44,586 nucleotides of DNA, from IMG/VR virus record IMGVR_UViG_3300031673_000122. One strand, 5' to 3'. This DNA is from a virus. The position numbers and the translations under genes were made by a program. The notes beneath the pieces are model-generated. The model made no database searches. It was not told the origin of the DNA and saw only the letters and a list, made by a program, of their open reading frames with translations. Below, piece after piece: positions 25,412 through 33,337 of the stretch. Position 1 is the first letter of the stretch. Every line of letters starts with the position of its first letter.

Positions 25412-25587
25412 GTGATGCTATGAAAGCCCTGAGTGATGTACGGCATCAATTAACTTACAGCACAGGATATAGCGGCAAACAATGTTACGAGATGGCAACA
25501 CAGCTTGGCCGCGTTGAGAAATATATTGAGCAGCTTCGGGTTGAGAATAAGCTGCTCAAAAAACAACGAAAGGCAGGTGAATTATGA
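25408..25587 (+). CDS. 59-aa coiled-coil protein, below the ORF-track cutoff
   Basis: Translated by hand: MSDAMKALSDVRHQLTYSTGYSGKQCYEMATQLGRVEKYIEQLRVENKLLKKQRKAGEL*. It has ATGA overlaps at both ends. Confidence 0.45.
   Translation: MSDAMKALSDVRHQLTYSTGYSGKQCYEMATQLGRVEKYIEQLRVENKLLKKQRKAGEL
25568..25586 (+). promoter_or_regulatory. Junction motif copy 5
   Basis: CGAAAGGCAGGTGAATTATG. Confidence 0.7.
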
Positions 25588-25880
25588 AAAAGACATTAAC
25601 CGTAGAATTTGAAGTTGCGGACGAAAATAGTATTAGGATTGTTGGGACAGCACAGCAGCAGTTTGAGCAGGCTATTGAGCTGGTTATAAACGAGAACAAG
25701 CAGCTTCAGGCCGAGCTTGAGCAGTTGAAAAATAGACAAAAAAAAGCAATACCTCTTATAAAAAAAGCATTATTGCTCATTTATGACACTATGCATCCTA
25801 TGCCCAAAGCGGCTATATCTTCCTTATTAACCCAAATTGAGCAAACCCTGAAAAGAGAACCCTATGCCGACAAAAATTGA
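25584..25880 (+). CDS. Coiled-coil protein
   Basis: 98 aa. It contains the same 23-nt stretch, encoding QLQAELE, as 24665..24907. Confidence 0.5.
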   Translation: MKKTLTVEFEVADENSIRIVGTAQQQFEQAIELVINENKQLQAELEQLKNRQKKAIPLIKKALLLIYDTMHPMPKAAISSLLTQIEQTLKREPYADKN

Positions 25881-26613
25881 AACAAAAGAACGTCCGATTT
25901 TATTTACAAGCGAGATGGTTCGGGCAGTCCTTGAAGGCCGCAAAACACAAACCAGACGAGTTTGCAAAGACCAAACAGCTACAGGGTATGAATGGTTAGA
26001 AAATTGCGAAATGTACCCTTCGACTTTAGGCGAAACATATACAGGGTGGGCCAAAAATTGTGGGCACTCTTTTCTGCTGCCGACAAAATGTCCTTACGGT
26101 GGAGTCGGCGACAGGCTGTGGGTGCGGGAAACTCATTATAGATATGGTAAATGGGTCAAGAATGGTATATCGAAAACAGGACGACAAAAATGGAGATTCA
26201 AAGGTAGTCTAACAAAAATACGATACATAGACGAAGGCGTAAGAGGGCGGATACGCAAAAACATTTATCGCAAAGAGGGATGGTACAAACGGCCTTCAAT
26301 CTTTATGCCTAAATGGGCTGCCCGCATCTGGCTTGAGATAACCAATATCAGGGTAGAAAAATTGCAGAATATGCGTTTTTCTGATTGGTTAGCTGATTTT
26401 TGTCCTAATACAAATCAACAAAACAAGGCATTACAAACCTTTATAGGCATGCAAAATCAAAAGGAAATGTCTCAGGAATTTTGGGATACCATTAACGCCA
26501 AGCATGGCTATTCGTGGGAATCCAATCCTTATGTTTGGGTAATTGAATTTAAGCAAATAAGGAGTAAATTATGCCGACAAAAATCGAGTGGACAGATGAA
26601 GTCTTGGAAGTAA
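25864..26613 (+). CDS. ASCH/PUA-like domain protein
   Basis: The N-terminus RPILFTSEMVRAVLEGRKTQTRR...LWVRETH matches the ASCH-type phage proteins I recall. Confidence 0.55.
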   Translation: MPTKIETKERPILFTSEMVRAVLEGRKTQTRRVCKDQTATGYEWLENCEMYPSTLGETYTGWAKNCGHSFLLPTKCPYGGVGDRLWVRETHYRYGKWVKNGISKTGRQKWRFKGSLTKIRYIDEGVRGRIRKNIYRKEGWYKRPSIFMPKWAARIWLEITNIRVEKLQNMRFSDWLADFCPNTNQQNKALQTFIGMQNQKEMSQEFWDTINAKHGYSWESNPYVWVIEFKQIRSKLCRQKSSGQMKSWK

Positions 26614-27422
26614 CGGGCGGCTGTACGAAATGTTCAGTAGGTTGCGAGCACTGCTGGGCGATTAAAGAGGTCTGGAGAATGGCTCATAATCCACGACTGG
26701 GCGATAAATGGAAGGGCCTTGTCGAAAAGAAAAACGGTGTCCTTAACTGGACGGGCGGAATAAAGCTGTTTGAAGATGCCCGCGAAATTCCCCTCAAACG
26801 AAAAAAGCCGACAACCTATTTTATCGTCAGCAAAGCAGATTTGTTCCATCCAAAAGTTCCGTTTGAATTTATAGATAAGGTTATATCTATAATAGCGCTT
26901 TGTCCACAACATACGTTTCAGGTATTAACAAAGCGCCCCGAAATAATGTGTAGATATTTTGGAAAAGATTACCAAAGAACGAGAAGCGACAACATTAACA
27001 AGCTGATGCAAATTATAAAAAGGAGTCCATATTATTTCATACAGGATTGCTGTAAAGGCAGTATGACTTTGCCAAATCTCTGGCTCGGCGTAACAGTTGA
27101 GCATCCCGATTACAAAAACCGTGCTGATATTTTGAGACAGATACCGGCAGCGAAAAGATTTATCAGCTTTGAACCTCTTTTGGCTGATATGGGCGAAGTG
27201 AATCTTGAAGGAATTGACTGGGTAATCATCGGCTGCGAATCCGGCCCGCACAGGCGGCCTTGCAAGTTGGAATGGGTACGAAATTTGGTTAGGCAAGGAC
27301 AGGCGGCAGGGGCAGCAGTTTTTGTGAAACAATTAAATATCAACGGCAGGGTCAGTCACAGTATGGCCGAGTGGCCGGTAGATTTGAGAGTAAGGGAGTA
27401 TCCATTGAAGGATAAGCAATAA
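26571..27422 (+). CDS. Gp37/Gp68-family protein (DUF5131)
   Basis: The N-terminus MPTKIEWTDEVLEVTGGCTKCSVGCEHCWA is the hallmark start of this family (IEWTD...GC...S.GC..C[WY]A). Confidence 0.75.
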   Translation: MPTKIEWTDEVLEVTGGCTKCSVGCEHCWAIKEVWRMAHNPRLGDKWKGLVEKKNGVLNWTGGIKLFEDAREIPLKRKKPTTYFIVSKADLFHPKVPFEFIDKVISIIALCPQHTFQVLTKRPEIMCRYFGKDYQRTRSDNINKLMQIIKRSPYYFIQDCCKGSMTLPNLWLGVTVEHPDYKNRADILRQIPAAKRFISFEPLLADMGEVNLEGIDWVIIGCESGPHRRPCKLEWVRNLVRQGQAAGAAVFVKQLNINGRVSHSMAEWPVDLRVREYPLKDKQ

Positions 27423-28144
27423 TGGCCGAAGGAAGGATGCTCAGAAAGGACATAGCTAACAGCGAAAAGCTGGGGTTATGCTCAGACAAAGCAAGAGTCT
27501 TGTATTTTATGCTACTCCCGCATCTGGATGTCAGGGGACGACTCTATGCCAATCCTAAAATAATCAAAGGCCAATACACGACTATGCTTAATTATTCAGT
27601 AAGCACAATCCAGAGATGCTTAGAAGAACTACACAAAGTCCGAGGCAAAGAAGTTAACGGGGCAGGTCTGGTGGTTTTATACACCGTTGCTGGCAAACAA
27701 TACCTGCAATACACAAGGTTTGAGGATTTTCAATCCCTGAAGCCTGAAAGAGAGGCAAAATCAAAGATTCCTGACCCTACTCCTGCGAACTCCTGCGAAC
27801 TCCTGCGAACTCCCCTTAAGTTAAGTAAAGATAAGTTAAGTAAAGATAACTATAGCGTGATTTTTTTGGATTTCTGGAAACGATACCCATCACGATGGAT
27901 TCAGGAGTCCGACAGGAGGGTAAAAGTTGGTAAATACTTAGCTTGGGAACAATGGCAAAAGTTAAACGAAGAACAGCAAATCTCAGCCTTGCTTGCAACC
28001 AAGTCGATGGTCAGTGGTAAAGCTGTGCCGGATGCATGGAGGTGGCTGAGAGATAAAAAGTTTGATGATGCCGAAATCAAACCAGAATTATTAAACGGTT
28101 GGCGAAAGTTAATTATAGACAAGTATTTCACATGCAATATCTGA
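27422..28144 (+). CDS. Replication-initiator / replisome-organiser-like protein
   Basis: 240 aa. The N-terminus is RMLRKDIANSEKLGLCSDKARVLYFMLLPHLDVRGRLYANPKIIKG. The C-terminal pattern is FLDFWKRYP...AWEQW...PDAWRWLRDKKFDD, typical of phage replication proteins as I recall. Tandem repeats lie in the inter-domain linker. Confidence 0.5.
   Translation: MAEGRMLRKDIANSEKLGLCSDKARVLYFMLLPHLDVRGRLYANPKIIKGQYTTMLNYSVSTIQRCLEELHKVRGKEVNGAGLVVLYTVAGKQYLQYTRFEDFQSLKPEREAKSKIPDPTPANSCELLRTPLKLSKDKLSKDNYSVIFLDFWKRYPSRWIQESDRRVKVGKYLAWEQWQKLNEEQQISALLATKSMVSGKAVPDAWRWLRDKKFDDAEIKPELLNGWRKLIIDKYFTCNI
27781..27847. repeat. Iteron-like tandem repeats: 3 x TCCTGCGAAC (27781-27810) followed by 2 x AAGTTAAGTAAAGAT (27818-27847, AT-rich)
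   Basis: Exact tandem copies read directly. They lie inside the replication-initiator-like gene, a layout analogous to lambda ori within gene O. Confidence 0.8.
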
Positions 28145-28161
28145 AAAAGTGAAAGCAAGAT

Positions 28162-28335
28162 ATGAATGAAGAGACGAAACAGCGAATTATCAAGTCTATG
28201 GAATGGATGATAGCTGATATGAAGTGGAGACACGATGAAAACCGGGGCAATCTTGAAGAGGGGAGTCAAGGTGGGTATAGCCCAGATTTGCAGGAAGCGG
28301 TAAGTGTTTTAGCAGAACTTGAGCAGGAAGGATAA
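28162..28335 (+). CDS. 57-aa protein, below the ORF-track cutoff
   Basis: Translated by hand: MNEETKQRIIKSMEWMIADMKWRHDENRGNLEEGSQGGYSPDLQEAVSVLAELEQEG*. It fills the gap between flanking genes. Confidence 0.4.
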   Translation: MNEETKQRIIKSMEWMIADMKWRHDENRGNLEEGSQGGYSPDLQEAVSVLAELEQEG

Positions 28336-28338
28336 GCT

Positions 28339-28731
28339 ATGGCAGTTAGTAAAAAACTTTCTTATACACAAAGGACTTTACGTGAATGCAGAGCACGTGG
28401 GTATATTTGCGATAAGGCAGAAAAATTCAACGCCTATGCAGGACCATTCGGCCGGCGGGAAGATTTATTTGGTTTTATAGATATTATAATTCTCGACCCC
28501 CAGAAAGGTATTGTGGCGATTCAATCAACCGGCCCCAGTGGACACGCTCAGCACCGTAAAGCTATTCTTGAAAATGAATTTGCTTTAGAATGGCTCAAGT
28601 GTGGAGGGAAAATTGAAATATGGTCATGGCGGAAACTGCTTAAACACAAAGGCGGAAAATTACGGTTGTGGATTCCGAGAATTGAACCAATAACGGCAAA
28701 TATGTTTGGAAAAGAAGATACGAAATTTTAG
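28339..28731 (+). CDS. Small nuclease-like protein (PD-(D/E)XK / resolvase-like; tentative)
   Basis: 130 aa. REDLFGFIDIIILDPQKGIVAIQST resembles restriction-endonuclease-fold cores. Confidence 0.35.
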   Translation: MAVSKKLSYTQRTLRECRARGYICDKAEKFNAYAGPFGRREDLFGFIDIIILDPQKGIVAIQSTGPSGHAQHRKAILENEFALEWLKCGGKIEIWSWRKLLKHKGGKLRLWIPRIEPITANMFGKEDTKF

Positions 28732-28747
28732 ACGAAAGGAAAACAGA

Positions 28748-30847
28748 ATGAGCAAAAAAACAAAAGAGAACAATCTTATTCACACAACCCACGAGCCGCA
28801 CAAATTACCGTGCAAGATGTATAAATTTCTTTTATCAGCAGGTGTTTTTTGCTGGCCTGTTTTATATTTATTTAATCATGTTTTTACCATAAATGGCAAA
28901 TATACAACTATTGGTAACGATTTCATTGGACTGTACTACAAATACAAGATTTATTTATTAGCCCATCTTGCCAATTTCAATTTCCCGCTCTGGTCGCCGT
29001 CAGAAGGTGCTGGTTATCCCTTTTATGCCAATCCATTTACCCAAGCATTTTATCCTCTCAATCTGCTGCTGGTTGTCTGGTACAAAATCTCCGGCAGCTA
29101 TAGTCCTCTGGACCATCAAGTCTTTACGATTCTTGGACTCTCGATATTTGCACTTGGTCTTTTTATGTGGCTGCGGCTACTTAATAACAACATCAGGGCA
29201 GTTGTTTTTGCAGTTTTGGTTATGTCAATTAGTTTCAAGATGACAGAAATACTGAGATTTCCCAACGCCGTTCACACCGCTGCCTGGTATCCCTGGATTC
29301 TTTATACACTGACGAAAATAATGCTGAACCGGTCCCTGAAAAATACTGCAATGTGGGGAATACTCCTGACCGTTTTTATGATGTGTTTTTTCACCGGCGG
29401 TTATCCGTATTACATTTACTATGGCCTGTTTCTTTTCGGGCCGTATATACTCATCTTTTTCATCCGTAAGCTGCGTTTGCAATTTTTCGGCAACAGGCAG
29501 ATTCATTGGAGACGTGCGTTCACAATGCTAACAGTGGCGGTGGGGGTGGCATTATTGCTATGCGGTCCGTATTTTCTGGCGATAGGTCGTCTTATGGCTG
29601 AGACGGCTAATCGGGCCGGCAGGGATTTTTCTCATTCAACTTTGCATCTATTCACTCTTACAGATACCATCGGCTCACTTGTATATCCGCCCGCAGCTCA
29701 GGCCGAAGGCTGGTATTTCTTCAGCATAACAGCGCTTTTGATAATTGTATTGTATATGTTAAGCGGCAGAACAACACTGGGGGTTAAACTTTTCTTTGTT
29801 ATCTGGCTCGGCGTAATCACTTACATCAGCTACGGTCGCAATTCATATTTATTTATCCTGCTGTGGAAATTCATGCCAGGTTTTTCCTCTCTTCGTACCT
29901 GGCCGAGATTGAACATCATTCTTGTGCCGATTTTTGCCTGGATGTTGTCATTGGCCTGGGTGCATTTTGAATCCGCAGGGACACGGAAACGGCTCTCAAC
30001 AATTTTGATTATCGCAATGACCTATGCAGCTATTCTCGGTACTCAGCTTTATTTCTATCTCAACAAAATCCAGGATGCCTACTGGCCGACATACTTCAGG
30101 AACGTATTATCTCAGGACACAAAATTTATCTACTTCGGGGCAGTAGGATTTGTCGTTGTTTTGCTGTTTGTAATCTTTGGCCGAAAGTATACCCGATTCT
30201 TACCGGCTATGGTTGTGGTTGTGGTGCTTGCAGCAGCTATCGAGATGTGGCCTGTAGGTTCGCAGCAGTGGGCGGTCCCGGGCAAGAGGAATCATCAGCG
30301 TTTTCATCTTGATGCAGCAAGGCTAAACGAGGCTTCATTCAGCTTTCGCCGGACGGATTTTGAAAACACAATTGCACTGGGCCCGAGTTTCAGTGTCGGC
30401 GTGATAGATGATTGGTATCTCAGCCGATATATCAAATTCCTCAAGGAAACAGAAGGCCAGTTAGAAGCAAGAAGAATGTTGCTCGGTATCGAGGACGGGA
30501 CAAAGGTTTTCTTTTCCGCGTCCATAGAACATCCTACGATTGAATCATTCCTGGCCGATGCTCTGCGATACCGAAGTCTGGGTCGTATGCTGTCTTACAC
30601 CGGTGACGAGCTTCTATGGGAAATCCAGATACCGGTTGAGGGTTACTTGAGTTTCATTGATAATTGGTATCGGGGCTGGAAGGTCTTTGTTGACGACAAA
30701 GAAACTGAGATGGAATTGCTTTTTGGAACTTTCAAATCTGTTCACCTTGCGACAGGCCGGCACTGCATAAGATTCTCATATCAACCAACAATGTTCGCGG
30801 GGCGGGAACGGATGCCTGCCCTGCTTAAATATAAACGTAATTTTTGA
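28748..30847 (+). CDS. YfhO-type GT-C membrane glycosyltransferase
   Basis: ATG 28748; the track start 28706 is a TTG. 699 aa with many TM helices. It has the loop motif LWSPSEGAGYPFYANPFTQAFYPLNLL and the C-terminal domain DNWYRGWKVFVDDKE...GRHCIRFSYQP. Both are characteristic of YfhO-family proteins. Confidence 0.7.
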   Translation: MSKKTKENNLIHTTHEPHKLPCKMYKFLLSAGVFCWPVLYLFNHVFTINGKYTTIGNDFIGLYYKYKIYLLAHLANFNFPLWSPSEGAGYPFYANPFTQAFYPLNLLLVVWYKISGSYSPLDHQVFTILGLSIFALGLFMWLRLLNNNIRAVVFAVLVMSISFKMTEILRFPNAVHTAAWYPWILYTLTKIMLNRSLKNTAMWGILLTVFMMCFFTGGYPYYIYYGLFLFGPYILIFFIRKLRLQFFGNRQIHWRRAFTMLTVAVGVALLLCGPYFLAIGRLMAETANRAGRDFSHSTLHLFTLTDTIGSLVYPPAAQAEGWYFFSITALLIIVLYMLSGRTTLGVKLFFVIWLGVITYISYGRNSYLFILLWKFMPGFSSLRTWPRLNIILVPIFAWMLSLAWVHFESAGTRKRLSTILIIAMTYAAILGTQLYFYLNKIQDAYWPTYFRNVLSQDTKFIYFGAVGFVVVLLFVIFGRKYTRFLPAMVVVVVLAAAIEMWPVGSQQWAVPGKRNHQRFHLDAARLNEASFSFRRTDFENTIALGPSFSVGVIDDWYLSRYIKFLKETEGQLEARRMLLGIEDGTKVFFSASIEHPTIESFLADALRYRSLGRMLSYTGDELLWEIQIPVEGYLSFIDNWYRGWKVFVDDKETEMELLFGTFKSVHLATGRHCIRFSYQPTMFAGRERMPALLKYKRNF

Positions 30848-30869
30848 GAACAGAAAGGAGTAAAAAAGT

Positions 30870-31085
30870 ATGAGTAAATTATTACTGGAAGTACTGAAAG
30901 GGTTAATAGTGGCTATGTCGGCTTTGCTATCGCCCGAAAACGTCAGGAATGTTATCGACAAGGCTTTCGATTATGTAGAGAAAAAAGTTCTTGCCAGCGA
31001 CCCAACTTGGGACGAAGACATCCTCCTGCCGGTGCTCGCTGCTTTGCGGAAAGCGCTGGGTGTGCCGGATAATGATGTTACTTAA
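30870..31085 (+). CDS. Hypothetical small helical protein
   Basis: 71-aa ORF with RBS AAAGGAG. Confidence 0.5.
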   Translation: MSKLLLEVLKGLIVAMSALLSPENVRNVIDKAFDYVEKKVLASDPTWDEDILLPVLAALRKALGVPDNDVT

Positions 31086-31129
31086 GGAGTTGGAGCTACA
31101 ACAGAAGGCTCGCCAGATTAACGCGGTTC

Positions 31130-31168
31130 GGCCCCGTCTGGTACGGAAGCTGGGCGGGGCCTGTTTTT
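31130..31168 (+). terminator. Intrinsic terminator inside the envelope island
   Basis: GGCCCCG (31130-36) pairs with CGGGGCC (31155-61) and is followed by TGTTTTT. Confidence 0.6.
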
Positions 31169-31180
31169 GTGAAAGCAAAA

Positions 31181-31489
31181 ATGATTGACTTCTTAATTGA
31201 TATTTTCAAAGACAGCGTTGTTGATGACTGGCGATGGGCCTTAGTTGCCCTGACCGGCAACGTATTCTTTTTTCTGAGGTTCTTTGTACAATGGCTCTAC
31301 AGTGAGCGAAAAGGCAAATCCTGTGTTCCCGGAGCCTTCTGGATTCTGTCGCTAATCGGCAGCTCTTTCATAATCGCTTACGCAATCCATATTCGCAACT
31401 TTATGATACTTTTTGCCATCTTACTGGCAGTACCGATTTATGCGAGAAACTTATTTTTAATGAGAGAAAAAAATAATGTGGGAATATAA
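31181..31489 (+). CDS. Lipid-A-biosynthesis N-terminal (LAB_N) domain membrane protein
   Basis: ATG 31181; the track start is a GTG. FFLRFFVQWLYSERKGKSCVPGAFWILSLIGSSFIIAYAI matches the LAB_N consensus (RF..QW..SE+..+S..P..FW..S..G). Confidence 0.7.
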   Translation: MIDFLIDIFKDSVVDDWRWALVALTGNVFFFLRFFVQWLYSERKGKSCVPGAFWILSLIGSSFIIAYAIHIRNFMILFAILLAVPIYARNLFLMREKNNVGI

Positions 31490-32144
31490 ACAATACCATC
31501 AGCACAAAAGCATAGGCAGACTTGACCGATTTATCCTGAAGCGGAGAGACCGAGCCACGTTCAATATGATAGCCAAATTCATCGTCTGCAAGTCAGTCCT
31601 TGAGATTGGACCGGGCAGATGTACTTACGGTCTGTTGTGCAAAGATAAAAGCATCGCTTACACTGCAATAGAGGCCAGCAGCATAGGTATAGAATGTGCC
31701 AGAAAACTCGGTCTTAATGTATACAAGGCAGTATTTCCCGATTGGGAAAGGCTCCGACTTCTAAGAGGGTTTGATGTATTTATGGCCCGGTCTGTTTTGG
31801 AGCACGTAAGAGATACGGTCCATGCAAACGACTTTATCGAAACTGCCAAACGATGTTTGAGACCCGGCGGAGTCATGTTCATCGAGGCCCCGGACATTCG
31901 TTTCTGGAAGTGGTTGTACTGGGGTTCGGACTATGGCCACAACTACGTATGCAGTCTGGAGCGGATGAAACAATTGATGCAGGAGTACGACCTTGAGATA
32001 TTACAGTGTGGTATGCGGTCACAGTTTATCAATAATCCGTTCGACAGGATATGTTACTGGCTGAGTTTTCTGCCTTTTAGTTCAAAGATTAAGACCAGTC
32101 TGCTGCCAGGTGCCTATGTAATAGCCCGAAAGAATATCTCATAA
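31476..32144 (+). CDS. Class I SAM-dependent methyltransferase
   Basis: Motif I is VLEIGPGRCTYG. GGVMFIEAPD lies downstream. Confidence 0.65.
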   Translation: MWEYKQYHQHKSIGRLDRFILKRRDRATFNMIAKFIVCKSVLEIGPGRCTYGLLCKDKSIAYTAIEASSIGIECARKLGLNVYKAVFPDWERLRLLRGFDVFMARSVLEHVRDTVHANDFIETAKRCLRPGGVMFIEAPDIRFWKWLYWGSDYGHNYVCSLERMKQLMQEYDLEILQCGMRSQFINNPFDRICYWLSFLPFSSKIKTSLLPGAYVIARKNIS

Positions 32145-32162
32145 TAGATTTGAGGTGAAATT

Positions 32163-32405
32163 ATGAAACATAAAAAAGGTGATTGGGTTATTGTTCAGTC
32201 ATTCGCTCGATTATTATCTATCAAAAAACCAGAACATTATACCTGCTGTCTGGAAATGGCATCGGTCCTAAGCGAACGTAAAGTCAAGATAAAGGTTGTC
32301 GGGCCAGATTATTACTTTGTCCGTTTACCCTGGCATTTGAGATTGTGCAGGTCGGAAAAAACAGGATTTCCATATTATTTAACAGATAATATGCTCGAAG
32401 ATTGA
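32163..32405 (+). CDS. Hypothetical small basic protein
   Basis: 80-aa ORF with RBS GAGGTGA. Confidence 0.5.
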   Translation: MKHKKGDWVIVQSFARLLSIKKPEHYTCCLEMASVLSERKVKIKVVGPDYYFVRLPWHLRLCRSEKTGFPYYLTDNMLED

Positions 32406-32413
32406 GGTGAGTT

Positions 32414-32620
32414 ATGGCCATTGGTGGATTAGCGTGGTGGGAAGTTTTCAAAAACTTTTTCAAGGGTGTGTGGGAAAGTTGGCTGGACTACAGACGCAGA
32501 CAGGCTTTGCGAAAAGAAAAAGAACAGGAAGCAAAAACAGAGTACGAAGAAGCCAAGAAAAAGGGCGATGCCTCTGATTTGCTGAATAGCTTCGAAAAAG
32601 GCAAAGATAATAGGGAGTAA
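32414..32620 (+). CDS. Small protein with a hydrophobic/amphipathic N-terminus and a Lys/Glu-rich tail (i-spanin-like architecture; tentative)
   Basis: 68 aa. AIGGLAWWEVFKNFFKGVW is followed by RRRQALRKEKEQEAKTEYEEAKKK. The RBS is GAGGTGAG. Confidence 0.45.
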   Translation: MAIGGLAWWEVFKNFFKGVWESWLDYRRRQALRKEKEQEAKTEYEEAKKKGDASDLLNSFEKGKDNRE

Positions 32621-32624
32621 GAAA

Positions 32625-32978
32625 ATGCGGAAACATATCATAATATCAATTCTGCTGCTTTTTTGTGCTGGCTGCGGCAGGCCGACAGTAAAATTATACA
32701 ATCTCAATCCTGACAGGCTCTTTTATCTACCTGCCGGAACTTTGATTGACTGGCGTAATGTGCCGGATAAAGACTTGCCAAATGACCTGAAACAATATGC
32801 CAAACGAATCCTCGATGTTGACCCGAATGCAGCTGAACTCGAAACAAAGACAAGGATTTTGCAATATCGAGGTCCCTTTATATGTGATGAATTGATGGAT
32901 ATTATTAATACCAAAGTAACAGAGGAAAATCTGACATTAACATTAACAGAAAAGATATTTAAGAAGGTAGGACTATGA
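32625..32978 (+). CDS. Lipoprotein (o-spanin-like position; tentative)
   Basis: The signal peptide plus lipobox is MRKHIIISILLLFCAG|C. Confidence 0.6.
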   Translation: MRKHIIISILLLFCAGCGRPTVKLYNLNPDRLFYLPAGTLIDWRNVPDKDLPNDLKQYAKRILDVDPNAAELETKTRILQYRGPFICDELMDIINTKVTEENLTLTLTEKIFKKVGL

Positions 32979-33334
32979 AAAAAGCACTTATTATTTTGGC
33001 GATAACGGCAGTGGCCTGGATCGGCTTCGATATTTACCTGGCCTGTTCGGGCGATGGCACTATCAGTCAGGCTATGAAGTATCTCGGCCAGCGATGCTCG
33101 ACTTTCCCGATGATTATGGGGATTCTAATCGGCCACTTTTTCTTCACGATTCCGGTCGTGTTGTTTCGCAGTATCAGGAATATTTTGCTTATCTGCTTTT
33201 TCGTTTGGTTCGGCTGGGACTTGTTCAACGGGATTATCGGTAACTGGTCAGTGGCCGGCTCGGGTTCACCGAGCTGGATAATGGCGTTAATCGGAATAGG
33301 CGTTGGTCGGCTGCTATGGCCGCAAGGAGAGTAA
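32975..33334 (+). CDS. Four-TM small membrane protein (GtrA-sized or holin-like)
   Basis: 119 aa with four hydrophobic stretches and an ATGA overlap with the upstream gene. Confidence 0.5.
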   Translation: MKKALIILAITAVAWIGFDIYLACSGDGTISQAMKYLGQRCSTFPMIMGILIGHFFFTIPVVLFRSIRNILLICFFVWFGWDLFNGIIGNWSVAGSGSPSWIMALIGIGVGRLLWPQGE

Positions 33335-33337
33335 AAA

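Noticed and set aside
27781-27847. The tandem repeats could be a CRISPR-like array.
   Set aside because: The units are 10 and 15 nt, directly abutting with no spacers, with only 2-3 copies. They lie inside a coding gene and there are no cas genes.
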